DNA from: Thermoproteota archaeon
GTDB lineage: Archaea; Korarchaeota; Korarchaeia; Korarchaeales; Korarchaeaceae
Direction: 5' to 3'
DNA: 64,000 nucleotides
Assembly (NCBI GenBank): GCA_027491915.1
Contig: JAOZGC010000002.1
Coordinates: 448,001-512,000, forward strand
A program made the translations under genes and the position numbers. Below, piece after piece: positions 9,016-18,275 of this stretch. Within the stretch, counting starts at the first letter, position 1. Every line of letters starts with the position of its first letter. The notes beneath the pieces are model-generated. The model worked only from the letters and a program-made list of their open reading frames with translations, had not been told where the DNA came from and ran no database searches.

Positions 9016-9965
9016 TCCGGAAAACCTTTTTCCGGTCGATCCCGCCGGGGCCGGGCGAGAACTTGGGGTTCGAGCGAGAGCGAAAGGAAGAGGGAGGGCC
9101 CGGGGAACCGTATGGGAGGCTCGCGTCCGAGGCCAGGGACGTGCACGCCGAGAGGCCGGCCAGGCCGCTGGGCCTCGACAGGGTCGGCTCGATCGGGGTG
9201 AGGGTTCCCCTGAGGGTCCCGGAGGGGATGATAGTCCCGGCGGAGGTGGACCTGCTCGTGGACCTCCCCCCAGGGAGGAGGGGAGTCGACCTCTCGAGGC
9301 AGGTGCTCGCCCTGCTGGAGGCCTCGGCCGGGGCCTCGGGGGGTCTGGACCTGGCGCGCCGGGCCGCCGAGGCCGCGTCCTCCAGGCTCCCCTACGCGAG
9401 GTCCGTGGAAGTCCGGGTGAGGTACTCGGGCCTCATCCCCAGGGGGCCGAACTCCTCGCCCGAGCCCTACTGGGCCGAGGCCGCCGTCCTGTCCCGCGCG
9501 GGGTCCAGGCGCGAGGAGCTCTCGGTCACCGTCCTGGGGACGACGGCCTGCCCCTGCACGCAGGAGCTGCTGCGCGCCCTGGCCGAGATGAGGGGGATGC
9601 CGCCCGGCGTCCCGGCGCCGACCCACACCCAGAGGGCCTCGGCCACCCTGACGGTCTCCTCCCGGGACGTCTCAGGGATCGGCGAGGGGGATCTGGTGGG
9701 GGTCCTCGAGCGGGGCCTGAGCTCCCCGGTCAGGTCGGCCCTTAAGAGGCCCCAGGAGGCCAGGCTCGTCGAGTCCATGCTGGAGAACCCGAGGCTGGTC
9801 GAGGACGCCGCGAGGGAGATCATGTGGCTGGCGGCCGATCTCCCCCTGCCGGAGGACGCGGAGATCAGGGTCTCGGTCAGGACCCAGGAGAGCGTCCACG
9901 GTCACGACCTGCTGGCCGAGGGGAGGGCCACCGTGGCGGACGTCAGGGCCGCCTCCGGGGCCTGA
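9012..9965 (+). CDS. mptA: GTP cyclohydrolase MptA/FolE2 family (true start may be TTG 9063 or later)
   Basis: DVH..P...LDRVG, RGVDLSR, TACPC, THTQR, LKRP, NPRLVED, ESVHGHD. Confidence 0.85.
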   Translation: MIRKTFFRSIPPGPGENLGFERERKEEGGPGEPYGRLASEARDVHAERPARPLGLDRVGSIGVRVPLRVPEGMIVPAEVDLLVDLPPGRRGVDLSRQVLALLEASAGASGGLDLARRAAEAASSRLPYARSVEVRVRYSGLIPRGPNSSPEPYWAEAAVLSRAGSRREELSVTVLGTTACPCTQELLRALAEMRGMPPGVPAPTHTQRASATLTVSSRDVSGIGEGDLVGVLERGLSSPVRSALKRPQEARLVESMLENPRLVEDAAREIMWLAADLPLPEDAEIRVSVRTQESVHGHDLLAEGRATVADVRAASGA

Positions 9966-10719
9966 GGGCTCCGGCCACCGCGCACTCCCCCCAGGGGACG
10001 CTCAGGTCCCCCACGGATCCGGGCCCCAGGGCGTCCATCCCGCGCACCAGGGCCGCGGGCACGCCCTCTCCCCCCTCGCCGATCACCAGGTGGGCGGCGG
10101 ACGCCAGGGAGTCGAGCAGGTCCAGTTGGGTGATCCCTATCCTCCTCCCGAAGAGGTCGGTCCTCCCCCTGAGATCCAGCAGGGGCCTGACTCCCCAGGA
10201 ACCTATTGCCACGGACACGGTCCCCCTCCTGAGGGGCAGCAGGTAGCTGTCCGCCACCACCACCCCGACCCTGACCCCCTCCGCCCCCTCGATCCCCCGG
10301 GCCACCCTCCTGGCCGATCCGTCCGGGTCCTCGGGCCAGAGGGAGGCCATCCCGGCCGGGGCGTTCTTGAGGTCCACCCCGGCGTTCGGGACCATGATCC
10401 CCCGCTTTAGGGTCAGGATGGCCCACCTTACAGCCCCCAAAACCTCGTCCGCCTCGTCCAGCACCAGCTGGCAGAATTCAGGGGCCAGCCCAGTCTCGAC
10501 GGCTAGGTCCCGGGCCCGACCGCCCGGCCTCACCTCCGAGAGGTCGGCGTACCTCCCCTCCACGGCCGACACCGCCTTTGAGGACACCACCACCACATCC
10601 CCGACCTCGACGGGTCTGCCCGATCTCCTGGCGGCGGAGGCGACGGCGGCCGCCAGGTCGTCGCCGGGTCCGAGGATCCCCGTCCTGAGCGGGATCACCT
10701 CCACCGCCCCTCTCGCCAA
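9943..10719 (-). CDS. cofE: CofE-family gamma-glutamyl ligase (F420-0:L-glutamate ligase-like; possibly FolC2)
   Basis: GDVVVVSSKAVSAVEG, PNAGVDLKN, PEDPDGSA, VVVADS, DLRGRTDLFGR, GEGGEGVP. Confidence 0.85.
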   Translation of the reverse strand: MARGAVEVIPLRTGILGPGDDLAAAVASAARRSGRPVEVGDVVVVSSKAVSAVEGRYADLSEVRPGGRARDLAVETGLAPEFCQLVLDEADEVLGAVRWAILTLKRGIMVPNAGVDLKNAPAGMASLWPEDPDGSARRVARGIEGAEGVRVGVVVADSYLLPLRRGTVSVAIGSWGVRPLLDLRGRTDLFGRRIGITQLDLLDSLASAAHLVIGEGGEGVPAALVRGMDALGPGSVGDLSVPWGECAVAGALRPRRRP

Positions 10720-11468
10720 ATCGAGATCGCCTCCCACAGGGAGCCGACCCTCTCCACCCCGGGGATCTCCCTCCCCCACCCGGTGAGCGTGGCGACCCTG
10801 ACCTCCGCTGCCAGGTCGGCGAGCAGCCTCGCGGCGACCTCGAGCTTCAGGAACTTCCTCCCGAGGTCCTTCCCAGACTCCTCGTCGTGTCGACTCACCC
10901 CGGCCAGGTCCATGCCGGCCAGGATGATCCCGTCCGCCCCGGCGGCGGCCGCCAGGTGGGCGGCCCTGTCCCCGTCCGTGAACCCGCCGAAGTTCCTGAC
11001 CCCGCCGACCGGCGCCGCCTGGGTCGTCCCGAGGCACGGCGCCAGCCTGGGCACGAGGGACCTGAGCCTCCCCAGGTTGTCCCCGTGGGCGTGGACCACC
11101 AGGATGGAACCGGCCCTCCCGGCCGCCTCCAGGATATCGGGATCTCCGTCCAGGTCTGTGACGACCACCTCCGGCACCAGCCCGGCCCTCAGGGCCTCGG
11201 CGGCGGCCCCGTCGGCGGCCACCACGGGCACCCCCCCGCCCACCACCCCCCTGCCCAGGTCCCTCCCGGCCGAGGGGCCGTTCCCGAGGACGACGACGGG
11301 CCCCCCGCCCAGCCTCTCCTCGACCTCCCCGGGGTCCACCCGACCGTGCTCCTCCAGGAGATCGTCCAGCGCCTCGGCCGCGGCCGCGTCCGCGGCCGGG
11401 TCGAGCCCGAGGAGGTCCGCTATCCACCGGTAGGTCGGGAGCCACCGGCCTAGATCCGCGTCCATCAT
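10695..11468 (-). CDS. mptE: 6-hydroxymethyl-7,8-dihydropterin pyrophosphokinase (DUF115)
   Basis: VLGNGPS, AADGA, VVTDLDGD, HAHGDN, NFGGFTDGDRA. Confidence 0.9.
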   Translation of the reverse strand: MMDADLGRWLPTYRWIADLLGLDPAADAAAAEALDDLLEEHGRVDPGEVEERLGGGPVVVLGNGPSAGRDLGRGVVGGGVPVVAADGAAAEALRAGLVPEVVVTDLDGDPDILEAAGRAGSILVVHAHGDNLGRLRSLVPRLAPCLGTTQAAPVGGVRNFGGFTDGDRAAHLAAAAGADGIILAGMDLAGVSRHDEESGKDLGRKFLKLEVAARLLADLAAEVRVATLTGWGREIPGVERVGSLWEAISIWREGRWR

Positions 11469-11490
11469 CGCCCCGCCGCGGCCCGGAAGG

Positions 11491-11497
11491 AATATAT
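11491..11497. promoter_or_regulatory. Shared AT-rich TATA-like element in the 52-nt divergent mptE/folP spacer
   Basis: AATATAT about 23 nt from both start codons in otherwise GC-rich DNA. Confidence 0.55.
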
Positions 11498-11520
11498 CAG
11501 TCTCGTCGCCGGATCGCCGG

Positions 11521-12753
11521 ATGTCAGAGTCCTCCCTTGGGGGCCTTAAGGTGGGATGGGGCTACCCCGTGCGCGTCTTCGCCGTCGTTAACCTAAGTCC
11601 CGAGTCCTTCTACAGGGGATCCGTGGCCAGAGACCTCGACTCCCTGATGGAGATGGTGGAGTCTGCCGTGGAGGCGGGGGCCGACGCCGTGGACGTGGGG
11701 GGAATGTCGTCGGCCCCGTACGTGGACGGGTGGGTCCCCGCCGAGGAGGAGACCAGGAGGGTGATCCCGGCCGTCAGGTCGATATCGGGCTCCTTCGACG
11801 TCCCGGTGATAGTGGACACGTGGAGGTCGGAGGTCGCCGAGGCGGCCCTTGGGGCGGGCGCAGCGGCTGTGAACGACGTCACCGGTCTTAGGGGGGACGA
11901 GCGGATGGCCGACCTGATAGCCGAGAGCGGGGCCTCCGCCGTCCTGTGCGCCAGCGGCCCGGTGGTGGACCCCTCCGACCCGATCCTGGAGGTCAGGAGG
12001 CTCCTGAGGGAGAGCCTCTCCGTTGCCAGGGGGGCAGGGATCGACCCGGAGAGGATCCTGATAGACCCGGCGATAGGCTTCTTCAGGGATGCCGGCGTCC
12101 CCTGGTACGAGTGGGACGCTAAGATCCTGGCCGGCCTGAGGCGGCTCTCGATACTTGAGAGGCCCGTGGAGGTGGGCGTGTCAAGGAAGTCCTTCATAGG
12201 CGAGATAGCCGGCGCGCCCACCCCGGAGGGGAGGCTCCCAGGGTCCCTGGCCGCGGCGGCGGCCGCCGTGATTAACGGGGCCTCGGCCGTTAGGACCCAC
12301 GATCCGGCCGAGACGGTCCAGGCTGTCAGGGTGGCCGAGGCGATTAGGGATCCCCCAAGGGAGTGCTCCTACGGCCTGGTCTCGTGCTCCGAGCTTGTGG
12401 GACTCACCGCGGACGACGCGATGGAGCTCATGGGGGAGATGGGGGTCCACCCGGTCGGCTCCAGGATAATGGCGCGAAAGTCCACGTTCAGGCTCCTCCT
12501 CCTTAGGAACGTGGCCGCCCCGGTGGCCAGCGTGGTCAAGCAGGAGATGCTCGCCTCCGGGGGTGACTGCGCCACCCCCACGCAGACCATCGTGTCGGGG
12601 AGTGGGGGAAGGGTTCGGATCCTGATCATGGGCACCGACGCCCAGATCTCGAGGCTGATCTCGAAGCTCAAGGCCGACGTGAGCCACGGGATGGGTCTCA
12701 GGTCCGACTTCGAGGACGTTCTCATGGTGATATCCGAGATCCTCGGCGGGTGA
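11521..12753 (+). CDS. folP: Dihydropteroate synthase with additional C-terminal domain
   Basis: VNLSPESFY, DVGGMSS, VDT, VNDVTG, IDPAIGF, GVSRKSFIG, VRTHD; about 130 extra C-terminal aa containing KQEMLASGGDCATP. Confidence 0.93.
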   Translation: MSESSLGGLKVGWGYPVRVFAVVNLSPESFYRGSVARDLDSLMEMVESAVEAGADAVDVGGMSSAPYVDGWVPAEEETRRVIPAVRSISGSFDVPVIVDTWRSEVAEAALGAGAAAVNDVTGLRGDERMADLIAESGASAVLCASGPVVDPSDPILEVRRLLRESLSVARGAGIDPERILIDPAIGFFRDAGVPWYEWDAKILAGLRRLSILERPVEVGVSRKSFIGEIAGAPTPEGRLPGSLAAAAAAVINGASAVRTHDPAETVQAVRVAEAIRDPPRECSYGLVSCSELVGLTADDAMELMGEMGVHPVGSRIMARKSTFRLLLLRNVAAPVASVVKQEMLASGGDCATPTQTIVSGSGGRVRILIMGTDAQISRLISKLKADVSHGMGLRSDFEDVLMVISEILGG

Positions 12754-13603
12754 GCCCGGGGGCGGACGCCGCGGCGGCCCCGGCCAGTATGAGGGCGACT
12801 CCCGCCAGCCTGCGCCCGGACGGCGGCTCCCCCAGGATCAGGATCCCGAGGACCGCGGCCGTGGCCGGCTCCAGCGTGGATATGACGCCCGCCCTGGAGG
12901 CCTCGATCCTCCTGAGCCCCTCGGCCTGGAGGACATAGGCCAGGGCCGCCGTGGCGAGGCCCATGTACGCGCCCGGGAGGACCGAGCAGGTCGGCGGGAG
13001 ACCCGGCTCGACCGCCGCGGCCTCCAGGGCGGCCCACGGGAGGGGGCCCAGGCCGACCTCCAGGGGGCTGAGCCCCGCCCTGTCCACCAGGTACCTGGAG
13101 GCGGCGATCACGCCGGCGTAGGCCAGGCCGGACCCGAGACCCAGCGCGAGCCCCCGGGCCGAGAGCCCTTCCCCCGGGCCGGACCTGATGGTCGCCACAC
13201 CGGCCAGGGCCAGGATCACGGCCGCGGCCTTGGCCCGGGTGAGCTCCTCCCCCAGGAAGATCTTCCCCAGGATGGGGACCATCGCCGGGGCCGTGTAAAG
13301 CAGGGCGGCCGCCGTCCCGGCGTCGGACGCTTCCACGGCCCCCAGGTAGAGCAGGTAGAGGGGGCCGGAGAGCGCGAGTCCGTAGAGGATCACCCTGGGG
13401 TCGGGCGGCCTCCTGACGATCATGTAGTACGCCAGGCTGGCGGCCGAGCCGAAGGCGGCCCTTAGGAAGGCCCACCGCGCGGGAGAGACGCCGCACGATG
13501 AGAAGGCCCTCTCCACGATCCCGAGGGTCCCCCATATCAGGGCCGCGGCCGCGACGAAGGCGGCCCCGCCGACCTCATCCCCATCTGATACACCTGCCCT
13601 CAC
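12722..13603 (-). CDS. DMT/EamA family transporter
   Basis: About 10 TM helices in two repeats, LLYTAP..V, STLEP. Confidence 0.85.
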   Translation of the reverse strand: MRAGVSDGDEVGGAAFVAAAALIWGTLGIVERAFSSCGVSPARWAFLRAAFGSAASLAYYMIVRRPPDPRVILYGLALSGPLYLLYLGAVEASDAGTAAALLYTAPAMVPILGKIFLGEELTRAKAAAVILALAGVATIRSGPGEGLSARGLALGLGSGLAYAGVIAASRYLVDRAGLSPLEVGLGPLPWAALEAAAVEPGLPPTCSVLPGAYMGLATAALAYVLQAEGLRRIEASRAGVISTLEPATAAVLGILILGEPPSGRRLAGVALILAGAAAASAPGLTRRGSRISP

Positions 13604-13660
13604 CCCTGGTCCCCCCGGCCGCCGCGGTCCGCCGATCCGCGTCCGCCGCGGCCTCCCTAC

Positions 13661-13668
13661 TTTTAAAA
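13661..13668. promoter_or_regulatory. TATA box in the divergent DMT/prsW spacer
   Basis: TTTTAAAA about 22 nt upstream of ATG 13690. Confidence 0.6.
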
Positions 13669-13689
13669 CGCCCCGGGGCCCGTCCCCGG

Positions 13690-14445
13690 ATGCCGTCCGT
13701 CAGGACTGTTCCCGCCCTCGCCCTCGCGGCGGCCTTCGCCGCGGCGCTCGCCCTGGGGGCCGCCGGGGCGCTGGACCCCCAGTCCGCCCTGATCTCCGGG
13801 GCCCTGCTCCCGGCGGCCATGTGGGTGATGTACGTTCGGGGGTGGGACTACAGGGAGCCGGAGCCCTGGTCCCTCATAGCCTTGGCCTTCGTCGTCGGGA
13901 TGGCCTCGGTCCTGCCGGCGCTGCTCGGGGAGGCGCTCCTGGAGACGGGGGACGACCTCCTGGACGCCTCCGTCGTGGCCCCCCTAGTGGAGGAGGCCTC
14001 GAAGCCCCTGGGACTCTACGTCCTCTGGAGGAGCGTGGAGCTGGACGACGAGTTGGACGCCGTGTTCTACGCCGTCACCAGCGGCATGGGGTTCGCCTTC
14101 GTGGAGAACGTCCTTTACGAGATCGCCCCCCTCTCGACCGGGTACGGGGAGTGGGCCCTGGTGTCGGCCGCGAGGGGGACCGCCTCCATGGTGGGGCACG
14201 CCTGCTACACCTCCCTGACGGGCCTGGGCCTCGCCGCCGCCAGGTTCGGCCGGGGGTGGGGGGGCTTCCTCCCCCCCTACCTGCTCGCGGTCGCGCTGCA
14301 CGGGGCGGGAAACGCCCTGCTGATACTCTCAGGCGGAGACGGATCTCCCCTCCTCCTGGCGCTCGCCCTCCTGGCGGAGCCCCTGATCGAGCTGCTGATA
14401 CTCAGGTGGGTCTTCTCGCGCGTCAGCTCCCCGGGGGGTGGGTAG
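13690..14445 (+). CDS. prsW: PrsW-family intramembrane metalloprotease
   Basis: REP, APLVEEASK, GMGFAFVENVLY, GHA, LHGAGN. Confidence 0.88.
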   Translation: MPSVRTVPALALAAAFAAALALGAAGALDPQSALISGALLPAAMWVMYVRGWDYREPEPWSLIALAFVVGMASVLPALLGEALLETGDDLLDASVVAPLVEEASKPLGLYVLWRSVELDDELDAVFYAVTSGMGFAFVENVLYEIAPLSTGYGEWALVSAARGTASMVGHACYTSLTGLGLAAARFGRGWGGFLPPYLLAVALHGAGNALLILSGGDGSPLLLALALLAEPLIELLILRWVFSRVSSPGGG

Positions 14446-14824
14446 CCTGGCGTCTAGACTGAGCGACGATCTCAAGGCGAGGATCGTGGAGCTGATACTG
14501 GAGTCCAGGCTGAGGGAGGCGCTGGCCGAGCTGTCCGAGGCGATGGGCGTGCCGGAGCCGAGGTTCAGGGTCGGCCACGTCAAGGGTCACTCCTCGGCCC
14601 TGGCGGTGTACGTGCCCTCGAGGGAGACCATCTTCTTCTCCAGCGGGGAGGCCATGAGGGACCCCCTCGTCGTGCTGCACGAATTTTACCACCACGCCAG
14701 GATGTTCGCCGGGAGGCACCGCGGGACCGAGAGGCACGCCGACGAGTTCGCGGCCGACTTCGTGAGGGCGTACCTGAGGAGGTCCCGGGGATCGCGCTCC
14801 GATGGGGGACCCGGGAGGCCCTGA
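14438..14824 (+). CDS. Small zincin-like (HExxH) protein
   Basis: VLHEFYHH followed by TERHADEFA; start overlaps the prsW stop. Confidence 0.65.
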   Translation: MGSLASRLSDDLKARIVELILESRLREALAELSEAMGVPEPRFRVGHVKGHSSALAVYVPSRETIFFSSGEAMRDPLVVLHEFYHHARMFAGRHRGTERHADEFAADFVRAYLRRSRGSRSDGGPGRP

Positions 14825-14855
14825 TTTATATCGCCGGCGGCCCGCCCCACGGGAG

Positions 14856-17564
14856 ATGGAGGAAGGGCATCGTCGGTGGCACGGCCTCGGGGTGGGGGAG
14901 GTGCTCTCCCTCCTCTCGACCTCCCCATCTGGGCTGACCCGGAGGGAGGCGGAGGAGAGGCTCTCCAGATTCGGGCCGAACGAGATCCGGGCCGAGGGGG
15001 GGCCATCTGCCCTGAGAATACTCGCCTCCCAATTCGCCAACTTCCTCGTGGGCCTGCTGCTGGTCTCCCTGGCGATATCCCTCCTCCTGGGAGAGTTGTA
15101 CGACGCGGCCGCCATAGGGGCGATAGTGGCGGCCAACGCGGTCATCGGCTTCTACCAGGATTACAGGGCCGAGAGGGCCATGGAGGCCCTGAAGAGGCTC
15201 GTCACCCCCATGGCCAGGGTGGTCAGGGAGGGGGAGACCCTGGAGATCCCGGCCAGGGAGCTGGTCCCGGGCGACGTCGTCCTGATAGAGGCGGGGGATA
15301 GAATACCGGCCGACGCGAGGCTCATAGAGTCCTTCGACCTCGAGGTGGACGAGTCCGTCCTGACGGGCGAGTCCGGCGCCGTATCCAAGGAGGCTGGGGT
15401 CGTCCTCCCGCCGGACACCCCCCTCCAGGACAGGATGAACATGGTCTACATGGGGACCGTGGCCGTGAGGGGGGCCGGTAGGGCCGCGGTCGTGTCCACC
15501 GGCATGGAGACCGAGTTCGGCAGGATAGCCAGCATGGTCCAGGAGATAGAGAGGGAGGAGACCCCCCTCATGAGGAGGCTGGGGAGATTCGGCAGGAGGC
15601 TGGGGGCCCTGGTGTTCGTCCTGGCGGTGGCCGCCTCCCTGGCCCAGCTGATCCACGGGCTCCCCCCGGTGAGCTCCTTCATGACGGCCGTGGCCCTGGC
15701 CGTGTCCGCCGTCCCCGAGGGGCTGCCCGCCGTGGTCACCGTGACCCTGGCCTTCGGCATGAGGGAGATGGCCAGGAGGAACGCCCTGGTTAGGAGGCTC
15801 TCCAGCGTCGAGACCCTGGGGAGCACGACGGTCATATGCTCCGACAAGACCGGGACCATAACCAAGAACGAGATGACCGTGAGGGTCGTCTACGTCCCGT
15901 GGCAGGAGGTGGCGGTCAGCGGGACCGGGTACGAGCCCGTGGGGGAGTTCACCCTCCCGGGCGGCGGAGAGGTGCCGGCCGACGTCATGGGGGCCGTCAG
16001 GGAGACGCTGCTAGGGATGGCCCTCTGCTCCTCCTCCGAGATACGGGAGGAGGGAGGGAGGTGGATCGTGGTGGGAGATCCGACCGAGGGGGCCCTGCTG
16101 GCCGCGGCCGCCAAGGCCGGGATATGGAGGGAGGAAGCCCTCGCCAGCAGGCCCCTGGTCGACGAGGTACCCTTCGAGTCGGCCAGGAAGAGCATGACCA
16201 CGGTGCACAGGGTAGGGGATGGGCTGGTGGCCTACACCAAGGGGGCGCCCGAGGTGATACTCGAGATCTGCGACAGGATATCCGTCTCCGGGGAGGTCAG
16301 GGAGATGAGGCCGGAGGACAGGGAGAGGCTGCTGGAGGTGGTCGAAGCCCTGAGCTCCAGGGCCCTCAGGGTGCTCGCCGTTGGTTACAGGGAGGTCCGG
16401 GAGGGGGAGGGCGGAGGGGACGCGTCTGGGGACGGCCTGGTGTTCCTCGGCCTGGCCGCCATGATGGACCCCCCCAGGGAGGAGGTGGCCGGAGCCCTGG
16501 CCAGGTGCAGGGCGGCGGGGATAAGGGTGATCATGATAACGGGGGACCACAGGTCGACGGCCGTGGCCGTGGCCAGGGAGATAGGCCTGCTCTCCGGCGG
16601 GGAGGAGGGAAGGGTGTTCACGGGGGCCGAGATAGACGCCATGGGGGAGGAGGAATTCATGGAGGCCGTCAGGAGGGCCGTGGTGTTCGCCAGGGTCTCC
16701 CCGGAGCACAAGCTCAGGATAACGTCTGCCCTGCAGCGGGAGGGCCACGTCGTGGCCGTGACCGGGGACGGGGTGAACGACGCCCCGGCCCTGAAGAAGG
16801 CGGACATAGGGGTGGCCATGGGGATAAAGGGGACCGAGGTGGCCAAGGAGGCGGCGGACATGGTGCTCCTCGACGACAACTTCGCCACCATAGTCGGGGC
16901 GGTGGAGGCGGGCAGGGTGGTTTACGACAACATAAGGAAGTTCATCAGGTTCCTGCTGGCCTGCAACTTCGACGAGATAGCCGTCATAGCCACCTCCGCG
17001 ATGCTGGGACTCCCGCTGCCGCTGAGGCCCATCCAGATCCTGTGGCTCAACCTGGCCACCGACGGCCTCCCGGCCACGGCCCTGGCCTTCGACCCCCCCG
17101 AGGAGGACGTCATGTCGAGGCCGCCCAGGAGGCCCGGCGAGGGGATCCTCCACGGCATGCTCCGGTTCGTCGCCGCGTCCGCCGTGATGCAGTACGCCGG
17201 GACCATGCTGACCTTCGCCTACAGCTACCTGGTCCTGGGGGAGTCCTATCCCGAGGCCAACACCCTCGCCTTCACCCAGGCGGTCCTCTTCGAGCTCCTG
17301 GTCGTCTTCAACTGCAGGTCGGACACCAGGTCCGTGTGGAGGCTGGGGATCCTGGGCAACAAGAAGCTGCTGGCCTCCGTGATTGCCATGATCGCACTCC
17401 ACGTCGCGGTCATCTACCTGCCGCCCCTCCAGGCCACCTTCGGGACGGCCCCGCTGACGGCGACCGACTGGACCATAACTTTCGCCGCCGCCTCCGGGGG
17501 TCTCCTGGTGCTACCGGAGGTCTTCATCCGCGGACGCGCCGGGAGGGGAGGCGGGTCCGAGTGA
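14856..17564 (+). CDS. Cation-transporting P-type ATPase (type IIA, Ca2+-like)
   Basis: LTGES, VPEGL, CSDKTGT, KGAPE, MDPPR, TGD, GDGVNDAPAL, WLNLATDGLP; TTTATAT at 14825. Confidence 0.95.
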   Translation: MEEGHRRWHGLGVGEVLSLLSTSPSGLTRREAEERLSRFGPNEIRAEGGPSALRILASQFANFLVGLLLVSLAISLLLGELYDAAAIGAIVAANAVIGFYQDYRAERAMEALKRLVTPMARVVREGETLEIPARELVPGDVVLIEAGDRIPADARLIESFDLEVDESVLTGESGAVSKEAGVVLPPDTPLQDRMNMVYMGTVAVRGAGRAAVVSTGMETEFGRIASMVQEIEREETPLMRRLGRFGRRLGALVFVLAVAASLAQLIHGLPPVSSFMTAVALAVSAVPEGLPAVVTVTLAFGMREMARRNALVRRLSSVETLGSTTVICSDKTGTITKNEMTVRVVYVPWQEVAVSGTGYEPVGEFTLPGGGEVPADVMGAVRETLLGMALCSSSEIREEGGRWIVVGDPTEGALLAAAAKAGIWREEALASRPLVDEVPFESARKSMTTVHRVGDGLVAYTKGAPEVILEICDRISVSGEVREMRPEDRERLLEVVEALSSRALRVLAVGYREVREGEGGGDASGDGLVFLGLAAMMDPPREEVAGALARCRAAGIRVIMITGDHRSTAVAVAREIGLLSGGEEGRVFTGAEIDAMGEEEFMEAVRRAVVFARVSPEHKLRITSALQREGHVVAVTGDGVNDAPALKKADIGVAMGIKGTEVAKEAADMVLLDDNFATIVGAVEAGRVVYDNIRKFIRFLLACNFDEIAVIATSAMLGLPLPLRPIQILWLNLATDGLPATALAFDPPEEDVMSRPPRRPGEGILHGMLRFVAASAVMQYAGTMLTFAYSYLVLGESYPEANTLAFTQAVLFELLVVFNCRSDTRSVWRLGILGNKKLLASVIAMIALHVAVIYLPPLQATFGTAPLTATDWTITFAAASGGLLVLPEVFIRGRAGRGGGSE

Positions 17565-18250
17565 GGCGGAGGGTGGGCGGCGGGGTGGCGGGGCATCGGC
17601 CCCCGCGTGCCGGCCCCCTCAGGCTCTCGGTCCCAACCGCGATACTGGAGTACAGGGTGGAGACCGACCTTGGGGAGACCTCCGGGGAGATCGGCCTGAA
17701 CGCCTTCCTCTCCAGGTGGGCGTCCGACCTGATCAGGATGTCCTACCTGCTCAGGCCGCCTCCCCGCCGCGCGGGCGGCGGGATCCCCCTGCCGGTTACC
17801 GAGGACCCGGCCGAGGCCGCGGCCAGGATACCCTCCCTGTACAGGAGCGCTGTCGACGACGTCGCCGAGCTGGAGGGGAGGGCCGCCCGCATCTGGCGGG
17901 CCTCGAGGTACCAGCTGCTGTTCCCTCCTCCCCCCGGGGCCGCCTCCCTGGAGGACAGGATATCCAGGAGGGCGGCCGAGATCAGATCCGCCGTCCAGGC
18001 GTTCCACCTGCTCCTAGGCGTCGACCTGGGAGCCGAGATATCGCGCATGGAGTTCAGGCCGGTCGGGATGTCCCGCGAGGGGGTGACCTTCTCCTACTCG
18101 GGGGAGGGGCCTGTGTGGATTCGGGGGGACGGGCTGAGGTCGAGGGGGATAGAGGAGATGATATCCTCGGAGAGGGAGATCCTGGAGATGCTCCTGGGAT
18201 CCCGATCCGACGGCGGCCGGTCCCCCGCCGCGGGGGACTCCCCCACTTAA
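17561..18250 (+). CDS. Hypothetical protein
   Basis: GTGA overlap with the ATPase stop; genome-typical codon usage. Confidence 0.55.
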   Translation: MRRRVGGGVAGHRPPRAGPLRLSVPTAILEYRVETDLGETSGEIGLNAFLSRWASDLIRMSYLLRPPPRRAGGGIPLPVTEDPAEAAARIPSLYRSAVDDVAELEGRAARIWRASRYQLLFPPPPGAASLEDRISRRAAEIRSAVQAFHLLLGVDLGAEISRMEFRPVGMSREGVTFSYSGEGPVWIRGDGLRSRGIEEMISSEREILEMLLGSRSDGGRSPAAGDSPT

Positions 18251-18275
18251 ATCGTCCCCGCCCCGGGTCGGCCCG

